The notes under the pieces are model-generated. The model was not told the origin of the DNA, did not search any database, and saw nothing but the letters and a program-made list of their open reading frames with translations. A program made the translations under genes and the position numbers. Of a stretch of DNA of 64,000 nucleotides, positions 1 through 9,511 are shown in pieces (positions within the stretch are counted from its first letter, which is position 1; each line of letters begins with the position of its first letter). The DNA lies in the NCBI GenBank assembly GCA_018992685.1, contig JACVGT010000018.1, positions 160,001 through 224,000 on the forward strand, read 5' to 3'. Source of the DNA: Theionarchaea archaeon. Lineage in GTDB: Archaea > Methanobacteriota_B > Thermococci > Methanofastidiosales > SZ-28-30.

Positions 1-381
1 GACAATATCTCATTATTATTGGAAAATAATAACCAAAAACTCAAAGGAAGAGAACGTAAATTTGATGAAATACTCAATCAAGTAGTCATCAAGCCTATCT
101 TCCTCAAGTACAAGAACAGATTCAATGAAAGTCAAATCTGCTTAATTAGAAAGGTCCTTGAGAAACCCAACTTTTCAAGTGAGACGTCTTTCTCTTCAAA
201 TCCATATTTTTCCGCAACGGTGCTCGATAACCGAGATTTTTCAACTTTCGACTTGAATATTGTTGATAATGTCATAGCTCTAATCCCCAGAGCTGCGATG
301 TCATCCTCTTCCTTGTCGGAATTCTGTGATCTGATTTTAACAAGATTGGGTGAACCTGAAAGTATTGATATCGGGGAGTGA
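1..381 (+). CDS. Hypothetical protein, probably 5'-truncated by the window edge
   Basis: Frame 1 is open from base 1 to TGA at 379-381 and overlaps the next ORF; no recognisable motif. Confidence 0.5.
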   Translation, partial: DNISLLLENNNQKLKGRERKFDEILNQVVIKPIFLKYKNRFNESQICLIRKVLEKPNFSSETSFSSNPYFSATVLDNRDFSTFDLNIVDNVIALIPRAAMSSSSLSEFCDLILTRLGEPESIDIGE

Positions 382-1909
382 TTCCATTTTTGACAATTAT
401 GAGAGTGATTTGAAAAGAGAGATGGAACAGAGATTCGAGGAAATAGATTGGAGAGTCAAGAACTACAAACACAATAAGAGTGTCACAACTTTTCTCAAAG
501 GAGAATTAGAAAAAAGAGGACTGAAGTTCATAGGAGAAGATATATCCCTACAAAATGTTAATAGAAGAGTTTGTAGGCCGGATTTGGCCTTCTTATGTGA
601 AGACGATTTCGCTATCTTGATAGAAATAAAATCATCTCTGCCTAATCATCATGATATTTCAAGAACAGAAATCCAGAGTATTGGCCAAGGAGAAGACGAA
701 TATTTTAACATGTTCGTGAAAGAGATGCAAGAAAAAGAAAATTGCTTTGAGAAACTCATAGACTATGTTAGACATGAGATAATTTTTGTAGTCCATGATC
801 AAGACAAACATAAATTCAGCGAAATGGTCTTTCCTCCCAATTCAAGAAAAGAACTGACTTTTATGCTAGCACGAGACTATAATTTCCAATTATGGTATTG
901 GGTGTTTCAGAGAGACAAAAGAGACAGAGAGATTATCAAGGTTGAGCCTTTGAAGAGAACGCAATCAAGTTGTCAGAAACTCACACAAATCCCCCATCTA
1001 CAGACCAAATCTCATGGAGATTTCATTTATGCAATGGAGTCAGTGAAATTCATTCATGAAAAACCCGTAACTGAGTATACAATGGCATACTTACTCACAA
1101 ATCTTCAAGGATTAATTAGAAAACACACATCTGAAGCTGAACCAGATACATATGTATGGAAAAGCGCCGATGATATCCATGAGATAATACTTGTTAATCA
1201 TGAATCCTTGTTCGGGCCAATTCCAAAAAAGGGGTGGATCAAAGAAGCTCTCGAAGAATTAGTTGAATTGGGATATGTAGAGAAAAGACATTACAAAGAT
1301 GATCAATATAAAATCCCTCTCGCGAGGAGATGGGCACCAAAGACCATTTATGAGAAGTTCGCAGAACAACAGATTCTGAAAAAATATGGCCTTCTAAAAA
1401 AAAGAATTATGTCAAGAAAAAGGAGGTCAGTAGAGGAGTTTTTTATTCCAAATGCTACCTACAATCAGGTCAAAGACATTGTCCTTAGGGTGTATGAATC
1501 TGGAGGAATAATCACAAAGGATGAACTCAAAGAGAAGCGAAATAGTGCTGATATTCATCAGGAAAAGAACGTTGCTTGTTACCTAGATCTTATCGAGGAA
1601 AAAGACGGGGAAATCCTCATTACAAAGTTAGGAGCAAAATACGCAGAATCTGACGATTCTGGACAAAAAGGAATTTTCCATGACTCTGCAAATAATAAGA
1701 TCCCTCTTTATCATTTTATTTTCGAAAAACTTAGTGAAGAGAGATTCCTAACAAAGGAACAAGTATGCGATGAAATCCAGAGTAGAAGGGATGATCCATA
1801 TTCAAGAAAATCCATAATAGCAATTACAAACACGATCATGAATTGGCTCAAAACCACAGGCCATTGCCGTTACGAAAGGAGAAAAAAGGGATATTATTTT
1901 GTTCAATAG
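350..1909 (+). CDS. PD-(D/E)XK-fold nuclease-like protein with C-terminal winged-helix domains (start uncertain)
   Basis: N-terminal RPDLAF...LIEIK matches PD-(D/E)xK. Central ALEELVELGYVEKR and C-terminal YLDLIEEKDGEILITKLG and NWLKTTG resemble wHTH segments. Confidence 0.55.
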   Translation: MNLKVLISGSDSIFDNYESDLKREMEQRFEEIDWRVKNYKHNKSVTTFLKGELEKRGLKFIGEDISLQNVNRRVCRPDLAFLCEDDFAILIEIKSSLPNHHDISRTEIQSIGQGEDEYFNMFVKEMQEKENCFEKLIDYVRHEIIFVVHDQDKHKFSEMVFPPNSRKELTFMLARDYNFQLWYWVFQRDKRDREIIKVEPLKRTQSSCQKLTQIPHLQTKSHGDFIYAMESVKFIHEKPVTEYTMAYLLTNLQGLIRKHTSEAEPDTYVWKSADDIHEIILVNHESLFGPIPKKGWIKEALEELVELGYVEKRHYKDDQYKIPLARRWAPKTIYEKFAEQQILKKYGLLKKRIMSRKRRSVEEFFIPNATYNQVKDIVLRVYESGGIITKDELKEKRNSADIHQEKNVACYLDLIEEKDGEILITKLGAKYAESDDSGQKGIFHDSANNKIPLYHFIFEKLSEERFLTKEQVCDEIQSRRDDPYSRKSIIAITNTIMNWLKTTGHCRYERRKKGYYFVQ

Positions 1910-2020
1910 TGGGAAAAGAAGGAATCGAGTAGAATTAATCCCAGAATCGACAAATCTTATACAAAAAGAGGTTTAGCCTTTCAAAGAGGATACTTGCCTA
2001 TGATTATCAAATTGTGAATC

Positions 2021-3224
2021 TCACGAGAGTGTACAAGAATCATCTACATGTTGATCAACAATCAGCTCAGCAAACGTCATTAACGTAACATGACCATACT
2101 CAATGACAACGGCATTGAACAGGTAATACCCGTTTCGAATTAATAACCCAAAGAGAACAAAGAACCACCTTACTGAGAAATCCTTACATGTGGTCTTGGT
2201 TCTTACCTCTCCAAGCATACGATATGATGTCTCCACTGTCCACCTGTTCCGGTATAGTTCACACAGTTTCTCAATTTGCTCAGCATCTACTGCTAAATTG
2301 GTAACAAAGGCATATACTTCCTTCTTCCTCTCATTACCCTTCTCCTTGACAGTCTCAATGAGTATTAATGTCATGTCAACAGTCTTATTCCTGCTTCCCA
2401 ACGTGTAAGGCATGACAACGGGATAATCTCTGTTTTCCTTGATTATCTTCTGTATCTTGGTGTTCTTAATGGCGGGCATTAAGTACTTCAATCCAAGTTT
2501 CTCAAAAGTCTTAATGCATGGAACGCTAAAGAATCCCCTATCCACGTATGTTACCCCAATATGACCGTCTATGTACTTCAATGCCTTTACTAACATCTCT
2601 TCCAGCGTCTTTGGAGTGGAAGATAATTGAGTCATTGGCGTTGCAGAAAGCGTATATCTATCCTTCTGCGCAGTGACACACTGTCATGTACCTGAATGCG
2701 TAATTCGTTCCCAATTTCCGCTTCGTTCCTATGATTCCCCTTGTATTTCTCTTCCCGTAGAATGGTATGTCGTGAATGTCAATGGCTAAATCCACCCATC
2801 CTTTGAACACTCTCGCCTTTACGGCGGATTCAAGCAATTTCCTATTAGCCTCTTCATATCTGTTGATCCATTCTCTCGTGTCTACCTTCTTGGCTCTGTT
2901 AAAGACTGTATCAGAGGTTGGATAGCTCGGAACGACAATTCCCCTCACAATCTTAGGTTTCAGTAGATTAAGACTATTCACCGTGTCTTCAAGGCAGGTA
3001 TTTCTCTTTCCAGCCTGCACAACTACGTCTAATATCTCACCAGAAGTCCACTGTAAATTATGCCGTCCAGGCAGCTCCAGAAAAGGATACACTATTCTTT
3101 TTATCTTCCTGACTGTGTGGTCAGAAATCTCTCTAAAACTCTTACCGCTCCCAACGGGGAGCATACTTTTATATTCCCTCTCACCAATTGGTGAATCGGT
3201 GGAGGTGATTTTCTTTGGGTACAT
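2021..3224 (-). pseudogene. ISH3-family (IS4-like DDE) transposase split by a frameshift
   Basis: ORF 2658-3224 has LAIDIHDIPFYG...GTNYAFRY; ORF 2021-2635 has YVDRGFFS, AFVTN and YRNRWTVETSYR. The frames join as ...MTVC/VTAQKDRYTLSATPM if 2 nt are restored at the GTGTGT run (2676-2681). Confidence 0.8.
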
Positions 3225-3241
3225 ATTGGATCACCTTCGCC

Positions 3242-3280
3242 CCCCACAGAGGCTTTTCTTGCAGGAATCCCTCTGTGGGG
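3242..3280. repeat. Inverted repeat/hairpin upstream of the transposase RBS
   Basis: CCCCACAGAGG (3242-3252) and CCTCTGTGGGG (3270-3280) form a perfect 11-bp stem around a near-palindromic TTCTTGCAGGAA. Confidence 0.75.
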
Positions 3281-3572
3281 TTATGCGATTTATTTCATTT
3301 CTTCATTGGCAGCTTTCACTACCATTATCAGTTGAATAGCATTACTATATAAATGAAATCCGTCAGAGCACAGGAAAAATAATACTATATCGCATATAGT
3401 AAATGATGAATCTACAGAATCTTCTCATTTTGCATATTGTGTTAATGATGGATGAATGAAATATACGATGTTCTTTGACAAAAAAATAATAATGATAAAA
3501 ATACTATTCACTCAATCAAGATAAAAATAAAGAATTACATATTTAAAAAAATAAAAAAAGAAATAATAAACC

Positions 3573-3734
3573 TTATTGGAGAAGGTCTATTACTATTCCA
3601 AAGAGTCTATCTATCGCTTTCTGCACAAATTTCAGTGATGGAATGAGCTGTCCATGATTGTGCAAGTTGTCAACCACTATGCCAACACCGAATGCAATCG
3701 CAATAGCTATAATCCATCTCAGCCATCTGTTGAT
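3573..3734 (-). CDS. 53-aa small membrane peptide with putative non-canonical ATC start (absent from ORF track)
   Basis: GGAGGTGA SD just before ATC; reads (M)NRWLRWIIAIAIAFGVGIVVDNLHNHGQLIPSLKFVQKAIDRLFGIVIDLLQ*; TATA-like TATATAAA upstream (~3819-3826) and T-rich tract downstream. Confidence 0.45.
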   Translation of the reverse strand: MNRWLRWIIAIAIAFGVGIVVDNLHNHGQLIPSLKFVQKAIDRLFGIVIDLLQ

Positions 3735-4158
3735 TGTATCACCTCCTCAAAGCCTTTTCGAGGGAGGTGTATCCCACATTTTTCAAATTCCGCCCCACTG
3801 TAATTCAGAAACACAAGATTTATATACTTGCAGTTAGATGAACTACATGTTACAAGTGAACATTTCTGTGGGAGGGAATTCGTGTTTAGAGATTTTCCTC
3901 CCTATTTAATTAAATATTTACTCGGTTTATAAAGGTTACGATTTTTTATATATAATTTTGAGAACATTTGCTACTTGGTAACCATTTTGGATAGTAGATT
4001 TCATAGAGTGGTTTTTCCATCAGATATGTAGGTTAAATCAACATTCAATTCAATCCAGATATTTCCTCATGCAAGACATGAAATTTCTTACCGTGTCAAA
4101 ATTACAATTCTCGAATAAATAGAGTGATTGATCAGAGTTTTTATCAAAGGTGATTATA

Positions 4159-4335
4159 ATGAGCAATGTTAAGAATAAGAAATCAAGGAACGAACAACAA
4201 AAGGAGAATGAATCAGATAAAAGAGATTATTCGGATAGAGAAGATGAAATATTCAATATTGGTAGAGACTCTTTTTACCCACCAAAGAAAAGAAGGACTT
4301 CACATTATTCACGTAAGAAGAACACACATTTTTAG
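4159..4335 (+). CDS. Small charged hypothetical protein (58 aa)
   Basis: AAGGTGA SD at 4147-4153 before ATG; Lys/Arg/Glu-rich low-complexity product. Confidence 0.45.
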   Translation: MSNVKNKKSRNEQQKENESDKRDYSDREDEIFNIGRDSFYPPKKRRTSHYSRKKNTHF

Positions 4336-4391
4336 TAAATGAAAAAAAGAAATGAAAAAAAAGAACGATTTCTTCCTTGATTATCTTAGGA

Positions 4392-4637
4392 TTAACCAGC
4401 TCCAAATAGGAGAAGTCCTCCAATGAGAGCCATTATACCACTCGGAATCCATACAATAAATGGTGAGGTAAATCTCTGTTCACTTATCCATTGAGTGACT
4501 TCCGGTAGGTATCTAAATATCCATTGGGGTAGATTGTTGAGGAGCCATGAAGCACCATTTGTGTGAAACCAGATGTTCACAAATGCAGACAAGAGGAATA
4601 TTACTCCTATGGAAGGAACAATATCTTCTCTCCTCAT
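4392..4637 (-). CDS. Small two-TM membrane protein (81 aa)
   Basis: GAGGTGA SD before ATG; two hydrophobic segments; T-rich terminator-like tract downstream (4337-4365). Confidence 0.6.
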   Translation of the reverse strand: MRREDIVPSIGVIFLLSAFVNIWFHTNGASWLLNNLPQWIFRYLPEVTQWISEQRFTSPFIVWIPSGIMALIGGLLLFGAG

Positions 4638-4963
4638 GTTATCACCTCTATTTCTTTTAGTAAACTCCCCAACAGATGTGCTTTGACTGTCCTCCGATGT
4701 TTATTGTAGGATTTACAATCCTCAAACCATACCTTTTTAAGGAATGGTGCCTCTATATGGGATGCTTGAGTTATGAATGGAAACTCTCTATCTTCTATCT
4801 GTTGGGGAGTTTCCATATCTACATTTGCGGGCCTCCTTTTATACTTATCTGTCAAATAATCTTTCGAAAGACTAACCTTGGAGAAATAAATCATGAAATA
4901 CGTATTTTTCTATACCCATGCCGGCTGATTGTAATGGGTTAAAACCGCACTTTTCTCACACAT
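4634..4963 (-). pseudogene. Hypothetical ORF interrupted by an in-frame TAG
   Basis: GGAGGA upstream of ATG 4963; MCEKSAVLTHYNQPAWV, TAG (4910-4912), then KNTYF continuing in frame into track ORF 4634-4894. Confidence 0.3.
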
Positions 4964-5331
4964 ATTAATAGTCATCCTCCATTCTGAAGACAGTAATTTT
5001 GAAAATGTCTATCTAGTTTTAATTTCTGAGATTATTAATTAAAATGGACTTATTCATCGTGGAATTATATGCTATATATAACACTATATAATCATTATAG
5101 CAAATACGGAAAATTTTTATTCATAAAACTGTCTCATATCAGGGAGATATGATAAATATTGTTGTAGTGATATTCACAATATGTGTGCAGTAATTTTCTA
5201 CATTCGGAACTACTGCGGTAACCACAACCTTTATAAGTGTCCTCCAATACTGGCTCCAAAGGTGTGTGATATGTGCCAATTTTGATATGTCGGCCCGAAT
5301 TAGATTCAACCACTTATTCTGAGGTGTTTTC

Positions 5332-6819
5332 ATGTTAACAGTACAGGATAAAAAAGTATTGCTGGCTTTAGAAGATACTGGTGACATTCAGGGGTTGATA
5401 GAGAAGACACAGCTCCCAGAGGTTGCCATCATGAGGAGTGCCCTCACGCTGCAGGACAACAATCTGGCTGAGATTCATGAGCATACAGAGGCTGTCGTTG
5501 ACCTGACAGAAGAAGGTGAATACCTTTCTCAGGAGCTTCCAGAGCGGAAGATTCTCAACCTATTCAAAGAACCTGACACACTGGATGTGGAAGATATCTC
5601 AATAGACCCGTCAGAGGTAACTATTGCCCTGGGCTGGCTCAAGAGAAAAGGACTCATTGACATTCTGAAAAAGGACACATCCCTCACTCTGAAGATCACT
5701 GAAAGAGGAAGAGAATACCAGAAGATGAAGCTACCCGAAGAAGAAGCCCTGGACAAGATACGATCAGGAATGGGAGGAGACACACTTTCTCCTGAAATCC
5801 TCAAGACGTTGAAATCCAGGAAAGCAGTCACCATCAGGGAGAAGACACAGAGAAAGATCATCCTGACTGAAAAAGGAGCCCAGAAAATCAGAGAAGGCCT
5901 TGAATTGACAGAGCAAATCTCACAGGTTACACCTGAGGTGCTCCGGGAAAGAAAGTGGACCACCATTGGGTTCAGACCCTATGACATTACAGCAGACGTG
6001 AGAGATATCCCGTACGGCAAGAGGCATTTTGTCAATCGGGCCATAGAATACGTGCGGAAGATCTGGTTGGAGATGGGGTTCAAGGAAATGAAAGGGCCCT
6101 TGGTGTCCTCGGCATTCTGGAACTTTGACGCCCTCTTTCAACCCCAGGATCATCCCGCCCGAGACATGCAGGACACCTTCTTCGTGGCAGGAAAAGCCGA
6201 TCTACCTGAAAATTCTCTGGTGGAAAGAGTGAAAGCCATGCATGAGCATGGAGGAGACATCTCTTCAACAGGGTGGAAATACCAATGGGATAAAAAAGAG
6301 GCACAGAAACTTGTGCTCAGAACGCATACCACCGTGCTATCTGCCAGGACGCTGGCTGAAATCAAGAAGAGCGATTTGCCTTTGAAGTTCTTCTCCGTGG
6401 GGAAAGTCTTCAGGAATGAGAAACCTGACTGGAACCACCTTGCAGAGTTTTACCAGACAGATGGAATTGTGGTGGGAGAAGGTGTCAACCTGAGAAACCT
6501 CCTGGGGTATCTGGCACGGTTCCTGCAAAAGATGGGAATACAGAACTTCAGGTTCAGGCCAGCCTACTTCCCCTATACTGAACCCTCGGTGGAAGCAGAA
6601 GTGTACAATTCCCGCACCAAAGAGTGGGTGGAACTAATAGGATCTGGAGTGTTCAGACCGGAAGTGGTGGTTCCTCTCTTGGGAGAAGACATCCCTGTGC
6701 TGGCATGGGGACCTGGATTCGGAAGAATCATCATGGACTACTACAGAATAACGTATTTGAGGGATCTGTACAGAAACGATCTCAGGCAGATTAGAGACCT
6801 GGAATTGTGGATGTGGTGA
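5332..6819 (+). CDS. pheS: Phenylalanine--tRNA ligase alpha subunit (archaeal type)
   Basis: FWNFDALFQPQDHPARDMQDTF, LRTHTT, FRNE and YFPYTEPS motifs; archaeal N-terminal extension. Confidence 0.98.
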   Translation: MLTVQDKKVLLALEDTGDIQGLIEKTQLPEVAIMRSALTLQDNNLAEIHEHTEAVVDLTEEGEYLSQELPERKILNLFKEPDTLDVEDISIDPSEVTIALGWLKRKGLIDILKKDTSLTLKITERGREYQKMKLPEEEALDKIRSGMGGDTLSPEILKTLKSRKAVTIREKTQRKIILTEKGAQKIREGLELTEQISQVTPEVLRERKWTTIGFRPYDITADVRDIPYGKRHFVNRAIEYVRKIWLEMGFKEMKGPLVSSAFWNFDALFQPQDHPARDMQDTFFVAGKADLPENSLVERVKAMHEHGGDISSTGWKYQWDKKEAQKLVLRTHTTVLSARTLAEIKKSDLPLKFFSVGKVFRNEKPDWNHLAEFYQTDGIVVGEGVNLRNLLGYLARFLQKMGIQNFRFRPAYFPYTEPSVEAEVYNSRTKEWVELIGSGVFRPEVVVPLLGEDIPVLAWGPGFGRIIMDYYRITYLRDLYRNDLRQIRDLELWMW

Positions 6820-6820
6820 A

Positions 6821-8482
6821 ATGCCTCTCATAACACTTGATAAACAGGATGTGCTTCAGCTTCTGGGAAAGACCGTATCGGATGATGATCTGGCCTACAA
6901 CATCTCCATGATGGGTACAGACCTGAGACAGGTGAAAGACACAATTGAGGTTGAAGTCTTCCCTGATCGACCTGACATGCTGTCCACGGAAGGATTCGTC
7001 ATGGCACTGGAGGGGTACCTTGGTATCAGGACAGGACTTCCAGACTTTCATGCTGCCGGCCCCAGCAATGCGAACGAATCTGAGTACTCTGCATATATTG
7101 ATGAGAAAGTGGCTACTGTGAGGCCCTATGCAGTGTGTGCTGCAATCAGGGACGTACATCTGTCTGATGGGGCAGTGAAGTCGCTGATGCAGGTTCAGGA
7201 GAAGCTGCACATAACTCACGGACGAAACAGAAAGAAGGTGGCCATAGGAGTGCACGACCTGGACAAGATAGCATTTCCCGTTACCTATACAACCCGTCCT
7301 CTGAATTTCGCGTTTGTCCCCCTGGAATGGTATACTGAATTGACCTTGAAGGAGATTCTAACCAAACACAAGAAAGGGATTGAATTCGCTCACCTGCTCG
7401 AAACCTACGCAGAATATCCTCTGTGGATTGATAAGAAGGGAACTGTCTTATCCATGCCCCCTATTATTAACTCTGAAGATACCAAAGTTGAAGAGGATAC
7501 TGAGAACCTCTTTCTGGATGTTACCGGGTACTCCCGGCTGGCTTTAGAACAGGCTCTGAACATACTGGTATGCAGTCTTGCAAGGCGGGGCGGAACCATT
7601 CACCCAGTACACGTCCATGAACAGGAAAAAGAACTCTGGTATCCTCACCTGACTCCCCAGGAAATGGAGGTTGATCTAGACTATGTCAACAGATGGCTGG
7701 GCCTCAGTCTATCCTGGGACCAGGTAAAGGGATATCTTGAACGGATGCGGTATTCACTGAAAGGACACATAGCAATGATACCACCCTACAGGGCAGACAT
7801 TCTTCACCCTGTGGATATCATAGAAGACATTGCCAAAGCCTATTGCCTAGACAAAATGGAACCTGTCATCCCAAAAGTTTCAACCATCGGTGAAGAGGAC
7901 CCTCTGGAGGTGTTTGTGAGAAAGGTTGCCTACTTGATGGTTGGATTCGGCCTGCTGGAAGTGAAGAACTATTACCTCACTTCACGGGAGTTCTTTTTGA
8001 AGACCCGGATTGGTGATGACGTTGTGGAAGTGGTAAATGCAATTACAGCTGAATACAATGTCTTGCGATCCTGGCTCCTCCCTGAGATGCTGTACACCCT
8101 CTCATCCAACAAACACCATGAATACCCGCAGAATATCTTTGAAGTGGGAGAGGTGGTGAAACCCTCTTCAAAAGCCCAGGAACGCACCAGAGAGGAATAT
8201 CATCTCGCTGTAGTGCTGTGCCATCCCAGAGCATCCTTCACCGAAGCAAAGGAAATCCTCAAAGCATTTACAAAGAATGTGCGAAACCCCTTCACTCTTG
8301 ATGTCACTGAACATCCTGCCTTTATTGAAGGACGATGCGGATCCATTATCATGGGAGAAAAAGTGGGAGTAATTGGTGAGGTAGCCCCTGAGGTCCTGCT
8401 GGCATGGGGCCTGGAAGTTCCTGCTGCATGTTTTGAGCTCGATCTGGGGAAGGTGCTTTCTGAGGTGACAGCAGTCACCTGA
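6821..8482 (+). CDS. pheT: Phenylalanine--tRNA ligase beta subunit (archaeal type)
   Basis: DRPDMLS, QEKLH..GRNRKKVAIGVHD, SMPPIINS and PPYRADILHPVDIIED; directly follows pheS. Confidence 0.97.
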   Translation: MPLITLDKQDVLQLLGKTVSDDDLAYNISMMGTDLRQVKDTIEVEVFPDRPDMLSTEGFVMALEGYLGIRTGLPDFHAAGPSNANESEYSAYIDEKVATVRPYAVCAAIRDVHLSDGAVKSLMQVQEKLHITHGRNRKKVAIGVHDLDKIAFPVTYTTRPLNFAFVPLEWYTELTLKEILTKHKKGIEFAHLLETYAEYPLWIDKKGTVLSMPPIINSEDTKVEEDTENLFLDVTGYSRLALEQALNILVCSLARRGGTIHPVHVHEQEKELWYPHLTPQEMEVDLDYVNRWLGLSLSWDQVKGYLERMRYSLKGHIAMIPPYRADILHPVDIIEDIAKAYCLDKMEPVIPKVSTIGEEDPLEVFVRKVAYLMVGFGLLEVKNYYLTSREFFLKTRIGDDVVEVVNAITAEYNVLRSWLLPEMLYTLSSNKHHEYPQNIFEVGEVVKPSSKAQERTREEYHLAVVLCHPRASFTEAKEILKAFTKNVRNPFTLDVTEHPAFIEGRCGSIIMGEKVGVIGEVAPEVLLAWGLEVPAACFELDLGKVLSEVTAVT

Positions 8483-8957
8483 TTCTGGTGCCACAGAATC
8501 GGCAGAACTTGGCCGTGGGTTCTAACTCCTTGCCACACTTCTTGCAGGACAGAGATTCCTGAGGTACACGTGAGGAGATCAGTCCTTTCAATTTGTTGAA
8601 GGTGGGTTCATCAATTTCTCCCTGGGCCAGAGAGAGCCTAAGCTTCTGGAATGCTTCTTCTTCAGGCAAAGACAGAATTTCTTCTGTGAGAGATTTCTGA
8701 GCTGTGTGAGGGGAATCAGGGGACTCAACTCTTTCAGGTTCTTTACGCTCAACAGATTCCTCCCTGGATTCACCCGAACCCGTGCGGAACGCATCAATTT
8801 TCTCTGCGAGAATTTTTCTCACTTCAGTGGAAAACATGTCGGAGACAGCAGGGCGTATTTTGTCAGATACCTCCTCGATCAGTTTTTTCCTGACCTCGGC
8901 CTCCAGCAAATTCATGAACTCAGGGAGTTCAATCTCAATACACGTAGGTTCAGCCAT
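8475..8957 (-). CDS. SHOCT-like plus C-terminal zinc-ribbon protein
   Basis: LRLSLAQGEIDEPTFNKLK (SHOCT-like) and CKKCG...FCRFCG zinc ribbon. Confidence 0.75.
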   Translation of the reverse strand: MAEPTCIEIELPEFMNLLEAEVRKKLIEEVSDKIRPAVSDMFSTEVRKILAEKIDAFRTGSGESREESVERKEPERVESPDSPHTAQKSLTEEILSLPEEEAFQKLRLSLAQGEIDEPTFNKLKGLISSRVPQESLSCKKCGKELEPTAKFCRFCGTRIR

Positions 8958-9145
8958 GATGTCACTGCATGGCACAGGATAAAAACCTTTCGTAGGAACG
9001 AAGAAGGCACATATTGCTCAGAAATCAGCAAAATCGTTCAGTTGGAACCAGAAAGGAGATCAGCTGTTGTACGTATGCCTCCTGTATCATGACTGTCCTC
9101 TCAGGTTCATGACGCTGGCTACTTCATTAGCCCAACTCCTACCCA

Positions 9146-9202
9146 AAGCTTTATATAGTTTAACAATTATCACATAATAAATATCACATAATAATCGTGA
9201 TA
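9146..9202 (+). promoter_or_regulatory. BRE/TATA promoter with repeated operator-like sites for the 9.2-13.9 kb operon
   Basis: AAAGCTTTATATAG followed by TATCACATAATAA twice (9168-9180, 9182-9194) and the inverted pair TATCAC/GTGATA (9182-9187, 9197-9202). Confidence 0.6.
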
Positions 9203-9487
9203 CAACAAATGACAGAGAAGGTTGAACGAGAGATGAAGATGACTACCGCTGACGTTAAGGCTCTTCCCTACGAAATCAAGCGAAATCCTACGGCTCTGCT
9301 GATTCTGCTTTATTTGGCCGAGAATGGTGGGGCCAACTCAATCTGTTTTATTGCAGGTGAAATCGGATTCACGGAAGCAGCTGTTTCAAAAAGCGCCGAA
9401 AGACTACTAAAATATGATTTGATAGAGAAATCATATGGCAAAAGTGATTTAGGCAAAAGGAAGACTTTGATCAGACTGAAAAAGTAA
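9197..9487 (+). CDS. Winged-helix transcriptional regulator (MarR/ArsR-like)
   Basis: IAGEIGFTEAAVSKSAERLLKYDLIEK HTH-wing pattern. Confidence 0.8.
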   Translation: MIQQMTEKVEREMKMTTADVKALPYEIKRNPTALLILLYLAENGGANSICFIAGEIGFTEAAVSKSAERLLKYDLIEKSYGKSDLGKRKTLIRLKK

Positions 9488-9511
9488 GAATTAGTAATAT
9501 GAGGTGATAAT

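Noticed and set aside
1980-3360. Terminal inverted repeats and target duplication for the IS
   Set aside because: No convincing pair was found, so the element ends are not called.
3781-3800. TTCAAATTCCGCCCCAC resembling a tRNA 3' end or att site
   Set aside because: No T-stem partner or rest of a tRNA, and no second direct copy or integrase in the window.
4910-4912. Pyrrolysine read-through of the in-frame TAG
   Set aside because: No pyl genes in the window and many intact genes here end in TAG; a nonsense mutation is simpler.
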